NCBI RefSeq assembly: GCF_000315625.1 | Contig: NW_005434665.1 | Coordinates: 679,220-743,219 of the forward strand | DNA length: 64,000 nucleotides | Reading direction: 5' to 3' | Source of the DNA: Guillardia theta CCMP2712 | Taxonomy: Eukaryota; Protista; Cryptophyta | Shown here: positions 10,560 to 22,500 of the stretch, in pieces | Layout of the letters: every line of letters begins with the position of its first letter | Numbering within the stretch: the stretch's first letter is position 1 | The notes under the pieces: generated by a model | Database searches by the model: none | Told to the model about the DNA's origin: nothing | What the model saw: only the letters and a program-made list of their open reading frames with translations | Position numbers and translations under genes: made by a program

Positions 10560-13500
10560 AATGAAAGTGAGATGAGTGGCGGGATATTAGAGCTATCAAA
10601 TCCGAGAATCCGCTGACAGTTCTGGTCAGCATTGAACCTTGCATCTGACTTTGCACGGGTATGTTCATTTTAATCGGCTCAAAAATATTAAAGAGGGACG
10701 TCGTTGCTTGTTCGCTTGGCTTCTCACCACAACAGTGCGATCCTGCACACCACGTAAGAACATGTCTGTAATCAGAGGGTTCATCACCTCCGAAACTTGT
10801 CCCGCCAATCTCTCCCTTTGAACTGCAGCAGAACCGCATGTCAGCTGCGGAACGTTCTCAAGCCCTCCAAGGATCAGACCTCATGCCATCCCATGACCCA
10901 CTGCGCAGGAGAGGCTTCATCAGCAAAACTGCTCATAAGCGTCAAAGAGGAGCAATGATATCAATTGCTCGACCTTGACACTGTTAGCCGTTCCACGTCG
11001 CGTTGAATGCTGTACTCGATCATCTTGAACAAAATTAGTAATCTCGCAAATATAAGTTTCATCAACCTTATATCGCTCGTCCTCGTCGCCACGTTCAGCA
11101 GCCGGCGGCCAAACAATCAGACGAAACATCAAATCTGCAGTGCTTTCCTGTATGTGCTGGATCAATGATCCCAGACACTCAGTTCGAAAACTCACTTCTT
11201 CCAAAATGATTGGAGGAAACACTGTAGCACAACTCCAAGCTTCAGCCTCTTTTTGCAAAATCTTGCAGAATGGGTGAGCAACGTAGTGTGCTCTGAAAGA
11301 CTGCAGAACCTGGAAAAATAGAATCGCCATATTGTTCTCGATGAAGTATTTCAAAGGAGCCGTCGAAGTAAACATATTCCTGCAATGCGCGTCATCAAAC
11401 GCGCTACTCTACATCCTGGAAATACCTTTCCACCAGTCTGCCAGGAGCCACAATGGCTGGTGAAACAGATACCTGTAGGATAGAAGATCAGTTTGCTTGG
11501 AGAAGAGGGCCAAACTGACCGATGCTTCAGAATTTCGCAGAATAACATCAATTTGAACATTGTTTGGTTTGGCAGTTACAGCAATCGTATTTTCTGTTGA
11601 TGATCGTCAATTAACAAATGAGTAGAAACCTTGATGGATACCATTATCGGGGGGAGATAGTAGAGGGTTGAAGAGTTCAAGACACATACGCGAGACATTT
11701 GCCTGCAGAACAAGTCAACATTGTAGCGATGAAAAGCATGACATACTCTCTCTGATCGATGACAATGCAACTTAGCAAGCAGAATCTTTCCTAGGATCGG
11801 AAGATTCGCACAAGTGTCGATTGCTTCCAAAAGAGAGCTTCGGAAACTGGACAGAAGGCCATTAAACGTGCAATGATTTAGATTGAGGAAGTAATCTACC
11901 GATGGTGTCTCGCGATGACGTCTAAAGCTGGCAGGATTCCAAGGGAAGGTAGCTGAACCACTAATAAACGGCAAGTACGGAAACCAACAAACAAATCTCA
12001 ACCTGAGGTGGAACCTGAGGCTTGCGAGGTACATGTCCTCCTTGACATCGAGTAAAACTTGTTGCTCGAAAATATGACTTTTCATGAAATACCTTGGCTC
12101 GGTTTCGGCTTTAGTCTTTGTTTATGAGAATGCCTGGGAAAAGGTCAGAGGAGTGTATCCCGTTTTCGACTCTGACCTCAAGAATTGTCTAGCTACTATT
12201 TCAAGAAGAGTACTTCCAGCACCGGCGAATTCTTGAGGTGTAGACGATTCTTCCGTTATATCGACTAGATCTGTCTCCATCTCGCTGGATTCGACCTTCT
12301 CGGTGGTTATCTCACCGTTCACTTCTTTATCTACACTTTCAGGTGGTTCGCTGGCAGGCTCTTCGGTCTGTGAGCAACGAAAACAGATATGTAAGATCCA
12401 CATGATATTCGACAAAACAAATGCGGCTACACACATTTTGATCAAGATGCCCATTGACCTCAACAACCTCGACATCCTGCTTGGTATCCTTCTAATGACA
12501 CGCAGGAATGTTAAAGCTGTACACTTACATGGATAGAATCACCTGTCCATCTTTGTCCTTCCGCTCTTGCTCTGCATTTATCGGTGCAGACTGTAGCAAA
12601 GCTAATATAGGCCCGCATGCCACACAATCTCTGCCAAATGCATAAATGCATGCTTAACAATGCCGTAAAAAGGACTTACCCGTTCACATTTACAGCTGCA
12701 CTGTTGGGAAGTTGACCCAGCGCCTCTATCGAGAGCGCACGAAACAATTCTTTTGCAACTATCGAAGATAGCGCCATGAATCTATGCGAATAAGGATCAA
12801 AAAGAAACACAAAACTTCTGTGCAGTTTGGCTTACAAATATTGATCCAGGTTTGTCGACTTGTTGGGTACAGGGAGATATCCCTCGGGGGGCTGCAAAAA
12901 AAAATTAGCTCACAGATGGAAACCCGCTGCTGACTACGACTTTGAATTTGCGTGTGTCGTTTCCAGGGATGTAGCTGGGATCCATTCTGCATAGGCAACC
13001 AAAATTACTGAATGCGACAGAGTAGAATATCAAGACTCACACGAAGAAGATTCTGCTACACTGGAACTGCTCATTCATGCTTGCCTAGAACAAAGTAAGA
13101 GTTTTGCCGTTGTCAAGACTAGAACAGAATGACCTTGATCAGTCCTTGTGAGGATCGTAGAATCACGCATTCAAACTCTTCGTTGAAGTTTGATCCCGAG
13201 GAAGCGAGGCTCAACGAGATACCAAGAGCTCCGATAGGCCCCTAAGAACCATAACCCATGCCATCCGTCCTTTCAGTCATGCAGCAACTTACCGGCAAAC
13301 GAGAGACACTCGAACTTCGTCCGAGAGGCTTAACATTCCACTTTTCGCTGATGTGACCCAAACTAGTTACAAACTTCGAGTCGATCTGCCAAGGCACGGA
13401 TTTATCAATCCACGGCCTATTTCCAGTAATCCACCAACCAACCTTCAATTCTTCCTGCAATCGGGACATCGTTGTCGACAAGTAAGTATGCGCTCGCTCG

Positions 13501-14041
13501 AACTTTGCAAGTTTTGCTTCAGTGGTTGCAATGGGGTTGAAGAAGTGTGGTTGTCCGCTCGACGCTAAAGTCAAGATTCTGAATGAGGCATGTGAGGAAC
13601 AACTGAGAAATTTTGACTGTGAGTAAATACTTCTTCGATAGCAGGTCAAGAAAGGCAGACAGCTGTAATGTATGATGGGCCGACGCTCGGATCCCGTCCA
13701 CCGCTTCCTTCCAGAGGAAAGTTCCCTGGGCACGAAGAGTCACGGTGAACATGTCGTCGACTACCCAACAAGAATCTCTGTATAGAAGAACAAAATGTCA
13801 CCTGTTCAGGCTTCTTGTCTGATTCCGCTGACTCCTCCGACTTCTTCTTCTGCTCCTCCTCCCTGAACCTCATGAAGGCAACCTTCTTTGCGAACACTTC
13901 CTCGGGATTCTCGGGCGGGAGGAGGGTGACCGATCCATCTGGCTGAACCAAGTCTACTTCGGGCTTGGAAAGAGGCTCCAGTTCGACATAGAGTCGCTTC
14001 CTCCCCACCCCCTCCCCTGGTCCCTCTTCTCTTCCCGCCAT
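10560..14041 (-). CDS. MED17: Mediator of RNA polymerase II transcription subunit 17-like, multi-exon; 3' end approximate
   Basis: Blocks KRLYVELEPLSKPEVDLVQPDGSVTLLPP, FLWKEAVDGIRASAHHTLQLSAFLDLLSKKYL, FERAHTYLSTTMSRLQEELK..FVTSLGHISEKWNV and AKELFRALSIEA match the order and pattern of conserved MED17 blocks as I recall them. The 3' half could be a separate gene. Confidence 0.62.
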
Positions 14042-14803
14042 GCCGCGTGAACCCTCCGCACCCCCTACCCTACAAGGGGGTCCTTGTGATTACCCCTACC
14101 CACATTGCTGACCAAAAAGATTATATGAAAGACCCGGTACGTGGGAATTCCATTCACTTATACCCCCCAGTATCCCGTAAAGTCCCTTGACTCGTACTCC
14201 ACCTTACCCTCAGTCACCTTGGTTACCCCACCCCTTAGTTTCTATGAATTAGCTCTCAAGTACCCCATAATTTAGGGGTAGGTACCCCTACCCTGAGAAT
14301 TGATGCCCTGCCGTTGGCCATGCTGCTCCAGGTCAGGAGGAGGAGGAGGCGGAGGCGGCGGCGTACGAGGAGGAAAGGGAGGAAACATGGATGGTGCCAG
14401 GAAAGATGGTGCCAGGAAAGATGGATACGGGATGAATGTGGGTGAGAGTAGGTGACACGCGGAGTTTCAACACATGGGAAAGGGCATTGGAAAAGACGAT
14501 AGATGGACGATGAATTCAATCAGGATGAGGAATGAATGAAAAGCGGAGATGAGGTAAATAATGGAAGATTTTGCGTAGAGAATATAACTTGGTAGATAGC
14601 AGCATATCTGGATGAGAATCAGAAGGGGGAGGGCAAGGACAGGGGTGTTGTGTATGAAAAAAAATCGTGTTCATAGAACAACGAGAGCAGATATGATTGT
14701 GGGGTGGTGCGTTTGCTGCAGCAGGCAGCAACTTAGATATCAGTGACGCATCGCTCAGGTCTGGTACGATGGGGAAAGCTACAACCTGCAGTGTGGGACG
14801 GGC

Positions 14804-16516
14804 ATGCAAAGAGTAGCATGGATAGCAAGGGTAGCGGCTCAAAGGTTCGGGGCTGCGGGGATCTGGTGTTCTCCTGGCAAGGAAGTCCAGAGGCCGAAGG
14901 AGTTTATCCCAGGGCGCGTGTTTTTGTATCCCTCCGAGCAGGAGCTCGACCCAGAGGCTACTATCCTCTCCCTCGTGGAGGGGGAACCAGAGTCAGAGGA
15001 GGTAGTGATCTCAGTGCTTGTCGAGCTCAGAAGCAAGCCTGCCCCTGGCCTCCCCTCCCTTGCTGCGCATGGCAGCGAGGACAACGTGGTCCCGCCGAAG
15101 AGCAGCAAGTCGGCTCTCAACTACAAGATGGAGTTTGATGAGCGAGGGCGGGTCGTTACTATGATGCCGGCTCCGCTTCCCGGGCCCAGGCAGGGGTACG
15201 ATTTCATGGAGTGCTATGAAAAGATCAACATTTCAGACATCAAAGGTGATTCCGACAACAAGATTTTAACAGCAATGAAACATGTGCTGAGCAACAATTT
15301 CAACACCATCCTCGACATCTTCCTGCATTATGCCACCCCGACGCAGCCCACTGAGGAGGAGGAGGAGGTCGAGCTAGTGATTACCATGAGCTCAATGGCA
15401 CTGTTTGCTCGCACGTGCCACCTCACTTCAGACTCTTGTAGCTTCCTTCAGATCCAGTTGTCCAGTGTGCAGCCTGACCTCATCTACCCGGTGGAGGAAG
15501 AGTGGAACCTCGGGATTTTCGACGCTCGGTACAATTTTCCTGGGTTTATGGAGGCTCTTGCTCGTGAGAGGAGGCTGTGCTCCCTTCGACTGCCTTTGAG
15601 TCTACATGCAGGCATTGCACACCTGAAGAAGTTTGGAATGTTTGCCATTTGCGATCAGGTGCAATGAAACTGGGGGTCATCCAGGCTGACTGTCAGGGGC
15701 AGTTGAACAAGCTGCTTCACACACAGATCCTTCCGTACGCCACTGGTGATGACGTGGACTCCACGAGAGAGCTATTGCAGCGACCGAGCGTGAAGAACAT
15801 CCTGTTCAACCAGAGAAGCGGGATCAGAAAATTCTACCACAAGCGGTTGTGAGCCGCCGCTGCTGACCAATGGTGATGATGATTGCAGGCTGAACCTCGA
15901 GAACGACGTGAGCACAAACGCCCGGTCGATGACCTTGTATGCTTACATCGCAGCCCTCCGAGCGGCTGACCAGCTGGATGAGGAGCTCACACCGCAGGTA
16001 GGCAGGAGCAGGACGAGGAGCAGGAGCTGGATGACGAGGATAACTGACTGATTTTCATCCCTCTCAGTCCGTGAAGGAGATCTGGTTGGCTACAATCTCC
16101 TATGAAGTCCCTCCCGACTTGATCTCAGAGGTGAAATGTTCAGCAATTAGAGGAACCCTGTACTTTTCCTTTCCTTCCCCTCCTCCTTCTCCTCCTCCTC
16201 CTCCTCCTCCTCCTCCTCCTCCTCCTTCCTCTAACCTCCTACCTCCTTCTCGAGCCATCACCTCTCCCATTTCCTGATTCTGCGTTGGTGCGCGATTGGG
16301 ACTACAGGACGACAAGAAGATGGAGATAGCGCTGTGCGAGTTCGAAGAGATTATAGTACGCTCTGTGCTGCACAAGAGCAAGGTATCTTTTACAAGTTCA
16401 ATATCTACAACTTCAATCGCCCAACATTTACATTACAATATGAACAGGTGAACGAAGACGGACTGCCTCAACAGCTCGACCTCTTCATCAAAAGGTTCTT
16501 GAGATACAATGTGTAG
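14804..16516 (+). CDS. Uncharacterised multi-exon protein with degenerate EF-hand-like helical repeats
   Basis: ORFs 14804-15667, 15577-15852 and 16071-16516 join through short GT-AG introns. Segments ILDIFLHYA, FPGFMEAL, QILPYA and LCEFEEIIVR. Confidence 0.55.
16176..16232. repeat. (CCT)n microsatellite in an intron
   Basis: Directly visible. Confidence 0.9.
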
Positions 16517-16543
16517 AGATAGAATGCGAACAGAGCGATCAGT

Positions 16544-19500
16544 TCATCCCCATGCTCTGCCCGATCTTCTTCATCCCGCTCTTGATCCCGTTGAGAGGAT
16601 GCCTGGCCATGTTCTGCGACCCTCGTCAGCCTCTCATCACCATCCTTTCCTTCCCCTTCTTCTCACCTGCGCTGCACTCGCTGCAGATCCTGCAACGGAC
16701 CCGAACTTGTCCAGAGCTCTGACGGCAACGAAGCGCGAGCTCACATGCTCGTGATGCTGCGCCGCCTTCCCCTGCGTCAATGTGAGGAGTGGACAACACG
16801 TGGGGAGGAGAAGCAGCAGGGGAGGAGGCGTACAAGAGCGCGCTTGCGAGTCAGGGGTTTGTTGCCAGCCTTCTGTGCGTGAGAGTGGCTGCCCAGGAAG
16901 GCATCGAGGCCCTTGAGCAGGAACTTGCTGCTGAAAAAACTCTTGCGGAGGCTGAGGAGCAGCCGCTGTTGAAGGTACTTGAGGAGTCCAGTCTGCGTGC
17001 GCAGCTGGCGGATCTTGTCGAGGGGAGGGATTGAGACGATGATGTCGTCAACCCGCTTCTTCCTGAGCAGCCTCTGCAGGAAGGGTGAGGGAGGGGGGTT
17101 GGGGAGGGGAGGTAGGAGAGCAGGAGAAGCAAGAGGGGAAGCAAGCAGAGGAGGAAGCGAAAGGGGAGCAGGAGACGAGGGCAAGAGAAGTACCTCGACG
17201 ATCCTCCCGAACTGACGTCGAATGATGTGACTCTCGTCGCCTGTGGACATGACGCTAAGATGCAACGTCCACTGTTTCCATCGAAGCTCGTCGATGTAGA
17301 TGTATGCCCCAAGATCATGCAGGTCGGTCACCTCCGCCCCTTCCTCGCTTCCTCTTTGGTTCAACACCAAGTCTGACAGGATGCGAATGTCTTCGCGCAG
17401 CGCCTCTTGCAGAAACATGTTGGCGTAGGAGGAGGAAGTGAACTTGGCCGAGAGCGCCGTCCTCTTGGCGTTGCTGCTCTTGTCCGCCCTCTCCTTGAGG
17501 ATCTTCCCGCCGAACCTGACGAGCTTGGCAACGAGACGGTCCTCGAGGAAGACGTAGGGGTCCCCGTTCTCGATGAGCACGTGGTTGAAGTACTTGCGCA
17601 CTCCCGGTTGGTTCAGCTTCTCCATCACTGCGATCTTGCACGCGACGTGATCGTTGGAGTCGAGGAAGACAACCACGGGGAACGGAGTGGAAGGGTCGAA
17701 CTGGTTGTCCAGCTGGAAATTCATGATGGAGAAGGAGACCTTGCGCGAGCTCGAGTCCTGCTCGACGGACACGTTCACGTCCTCCAGCTGTAGATGCAAA
17801 ATCTCCTCCGTGTGGGACCTCAGGTTGTAATCCTCGAGGACGAACCGGAGGCCGACGCTGTGCAGGTGCAGGTAGTTCTTCTTCTGCTCCTCGCCCTGCT
17901 GCCGGTCCCCTCCCTCCAGGTCTCCCACCGCAATGTGCAGCCTCTTGGTCCCTCCGTCCAGGCAAACGGTCCCGGTCAGCTGGCAGGCCTCCATAGCGTG
18001 TCTCCTGGTCATTTGCTGGGGACTCTCGTAGACGTAGACGAAGGGGGAGACAGTGATGGGCAGCTGCCCGCTGCTTGACAACTTCGCGCCGATGGTGATA
18101 ACGTCACCATGCTTCAGCCGGTGCTCGACCACAGGCTTGCCGTTGACCATGACCCCGTTGGTCGAGTTGAGGTCGAAGAGGATCCAGTTCCCGTCGAGGT
18201 CCTGCTGCAGCATGAGGTGTCTTCTGCTCACCAGGGAGGAGGTGACTGAGTCTGAGCAAGCGATAGTGAAGCCCATCTCGCCCTCCTGAGGGAGTGGGTT
18301 CCTTCCGATGATCATCTTCCTCCCTACCAGGAGCTCGATCGTCATCAGCCCCAGCACGTCCATCTTGGTGAACCGATGGCTGAAGGGCTCCTTCAGCTTG
18401 AGGATGTGGCTGCCGGACACGAAAGAGCCTCCACCCTCCGCCGCGCTCAGCTGCTTCTTCTCCAGCAGCGTCCTGACCAGGAGCCCCTGCGAGGACTGGA
18501 AGATGGGGATCCCGATGCTCTCGAGGTTGTCGAGGTCGATGGCTGAGGAGGAGGGGACTTGACAGCCGTCGATCTCGGTGAGCACGACCACCTTAGCGAG
18601 CATCGGCTCGGGCCAGATCATGTCGACCGTCTCGAAGGGCTTCACGCGCAGCACGAGCTTCCTGCTAGCATCCACCTGCTGGAACGCCAGGTCGAAAGAG
18701 CTGTGGTTGGTGATCCTGTGCGGAGCTCGCTCGCTGGGCTCTGTGATGTGTATGTACACTGGTCCCGAGCTCGAGCTCGAGCTGACCTCCACGGCGATCA
18801 CCCTGCCATCGGAGCAGCGAAGGAGGATGGGGCCTAGGCTGTTGCGGACAGGAGCGAAGATGGCGCAGTTGCTGGAGAGGTCTTCGGCTGCCAAGTTGAC
18901 ACTGAGCCTGCACTTGGCTCGTCCTCCTTCGGGGTAGAAGGGCGCAGACTGACCAGGCTCCAGCCAGAGAGTCGGACGACGAGCATCGTTGACGAACCTG
19001 ACGGAGGGAGAGGCTCGTTGCCAGACTACGAGAGGATCGGCGAGGTGGTTGCGAAACACGATCTCGGGCTCGAAGGAGATGACGATGGTCCTGTCAAACT
19101 TACCCGAGGCTGTACTGGTCGACACGTTGAGGTACAGCTCTCTCAGCGGGGTGTCCTGCTGAGTCCGCTCCTTCCCCTTCGAGTCGGGGGTCAGCTTCAG
19201 CTGCAGCCCATCAGCCGTCTGCTTGTCGATCGAGAAACCCTGAGTCCAGCTGAAGCCCTCCATCATCATCTCCAGCTCGTTCCCACCAGACGCAAAGTCG
19301 AAGCCGACGGGGCTTCCGACCGTCAGGCACTTGGTGCTGAGCTTCTCGGACATGGCGTGCGAGGTCTGGCGCACAAAGAGCGGCTCTCCCGTCAGGTTGA
19401 GGAGCCAGTACCGGTGGTAGAGACTGATCCTGAACCCCCCCGTCGACTTGTCCGCGCTGACTTCGACTACGAGCTGCTGGGCCTTGGCTGAGGGGTCGGA

Positions 19501-22500
19501 GATGTCCACGACCTCCTCCAGCTCGGAGGCAGCTGAGTCGCCATGCACGAGGATGCCTGCTGACCAAGGAAGCTTCTTCCCCTCACTCGTCACGATCCGA
19601 AGACGCAAGTGAAGCTCCCGACGCAGGTCGACCCCGAAGATCTGCTCAGACCCCCCCCGCGCTACTAGGCTGTCTGCGATGACGCTCTTGGTCTGGTCGA
19701 TCAGCTGGACTTCCAGGTGGTGGCAGGATAGGTTGTCAACCACCCACGGGGGGTGAAGCTCGACAATGCAGGGGTTCCCAGGGGTCCTCTCAGCTCCCGC
19801 AGCCTTCGTGACGGCGTCCACGAACTTGACCGTCCACGAGATCGAGTCCCTTGCTCGGAGCTTCTGCCGCTCGTACACGGCATTCTGATCCGACGGGTCG
19901 TTGGCTATCTTGGTCGCCTGCGGGTCAATGATCTTACACGTCATCGTCCTCGTGCGGATGCCGGCGTCGCCCGATGCGGAGATCTCGCTCCCTCTCCTCA
20001 TCGCCGTCATCTCTAGATCGCTCGAGGAGTTCCCCTTGAGGATCGGCTGGATGTCCTCCTGCAGCACCTTGTCTCTGTTCCACTTGCTGCTGCTGAGGAA
20101 GTAGGTTCTGCCGCAGTTGGAGGTCACCAGGATCGCGTTGTTCTTCACCAGCATCGACTTCTTGGGCTCAGCCGTCGCTACGTCCTTCCACTCCACTTGG
20201 ATCATCGGCATGTGCTCCATCGTCATGAAGAGGAGGTGACGGGTAGAGAAGACGATGTAGCCATCATGCTTGTGCACGTCTCGGTACCAGGATCCCGCGT
20301 AGATGGCGACGATGGCGTCGTCGGACGAGAGATTGAACGCGCCTCGAGCCACATCGTCCACGTCCTCCTCCACCTGAGTGACCCTGTTCTCCGGCATCAC
20401 CCCTAGGATGGTCTTGTACGTCTCCGCTCTGTTCAGCAGCGTGCGGAAGATGTGCGTCCTCTTGCTCGTCCTGACCTCCAGAGCGTTGGGGAAGACGTAG
20501 GCCGTGCTGGACTTCTGCAGGGAGACGATCTCCTCCACGGGGATGATGAACTTGTGCTCCCCTCCTATCAGGTTCGAGTAGTGGCAGAGCGCAAAGTCCG
20601 TGACGTACAGCACACCCTGTCGGAACACGCCGTCCTGATCGTAGGCACAGGTGAACCAGGCGACGAGCGTCGTGTCGAGCGGTAGCATCTTGCCGAAGAT
20701 GCGTTGGAACTTGATGTCCACACACTGAGAGGAGCGGACGGAGCCGTCATGCACGCTCCTGATCTTGATTGCCTCCCCCTGCAGGTTGCACCAGCTGTAG
20801 TCGAGCCCGTCGACCACGGGGCGGAAGAGGAGGGAGCCGTCTCGGGCATGCTGTAGGGGGACGGAGATGGAGCAGTCAGGGTGGATGACACCGAGCTGGA
20901 GCATCTCGTGGTCAGGGAGGGAGATGGCGCTCATGACGGGGATCTTCGAGCCATTCCTGACGCTGAGCATGGAAGAGACCACAAGGACCTTCTGCCCGTC
21001 GACGCTGCAGAGGTCGCAGACGATGTGGAGGGGGCAGGTGTTGCTCCTCTTGCCCGCGTCCCGCTCGATGATGTACGAAGTTGTCTTCTCCACCTCCATG
21101 GACACCCTGCAGAACACGTTGTGCGCATCTGCAAGCTGCAGGCAGACATGGTTGTCCAGCGCGCTGTCGTCCGAGTAGCGGACGGTCAACTGCTGTCCGC
21201 TCCTCCTCCTCCAGACCTGCTCGTACGTGAATTCCATCCGCTCCAGGCTGCGGACGGTGTGCTCCGATCCGTCCTCAAGGATGCAGACCAGCGGCTCTGC
21301 CAGCAGGTTGTGGATCGAGTAGGGCACGAACTTCTCAGCATGCAGCTGCTGCTGGGTCACAGCTGGGCTGGACAGCGAGTCTCCAAGATCCTCGTTGCGC
21401 AGGATGGCGAACAGCCTTCTGTCGTGCGTCCAGGACTTGATGGTGAGCTGGAGAGACTCGATGAAGGCAGTGGAGATGTGCATGATGCACATCTCGTCGG
21501 CAGCTTCCAGCAGGAGCTGGGTGCTCTTCGGGCCCGAGCTGAACTTCAGCTCGACATCCCAGGGCTCGACAGCGGGCCTCCAGCTGGAGGTCGGCCGGTA
21601 GAAGTACTCGACCCCGAGCCGCAGTTTGGACGTGACCTGCTCCTGCACGCCTGAGATGAGGATGTTGGGGATGCCGATGCGGAGGAGCGGGACCCAGCGG
21701 CCGACGAAGTCATCGACGAGGGTGATGCGCATGTTGAGGCCGAAGAGGCGGAGACGGAGAGGGTTGTCTGCTGCCTGCTCCAACTGCTTGCCGGGAGGAT
21801 GAGCTCTTGACGAGCTGCTCCTCTGTATGGCCCCGTGGCCCTTGGTCGGGTCCGGGGAAGAGAAGAAAACCCGAGACCGCAAGCTCAAGAGCTGGTTGGA
21901 CCAGATGCCTCGGGCAAGGATGATGTCTTCGTACGTGATCATGGCACAGAAGTCAGAAGCTGAGAAGAAGAGCTGAGGGGCCTGAAAGGAAAGATGTGAA
22001 AATTCAGCAGGAGCACGACAACATCAAGGTCGCAACGACCATGATACACAAAGCAAAGCAAAACGACATGAAACCAAAGTATCGCTGAGAGATGGCGTTG
22101 ATGTTGAATGACATAACAGACACTAAAAGGGAAAAAAGCTAGAATTGTCTTGAATTGTCTCACCTGGCCCTCGACATTCCTATGCCCATCTCCCTGGTAC
22201 CACTGTTGGGAGAAGGCGAGCAAACAAGGCCGAACAATCTGCATCCTGGCGTTGGAAGCTTGACGGTGATTCGAGCAAGAGACGAGGGAAAACTCGGCGA
22301 TGTCAACCCTGACGGTGCTCTCTGCCTCGAAGGCAGCATATAACACATCCACGTTGCCGTTGAGCCTGAAGTGATCAGCGTCGTCTCTGTACAAGTCGTT
22401 GACAAGGTCGATGGTCGCATCCGGCAACATGGTCTGCACGATCAGCCCCCCGGGATGTACAAGGCTGTAACGGAAAGCTCCGATCTGTCGTGAAACAAGT

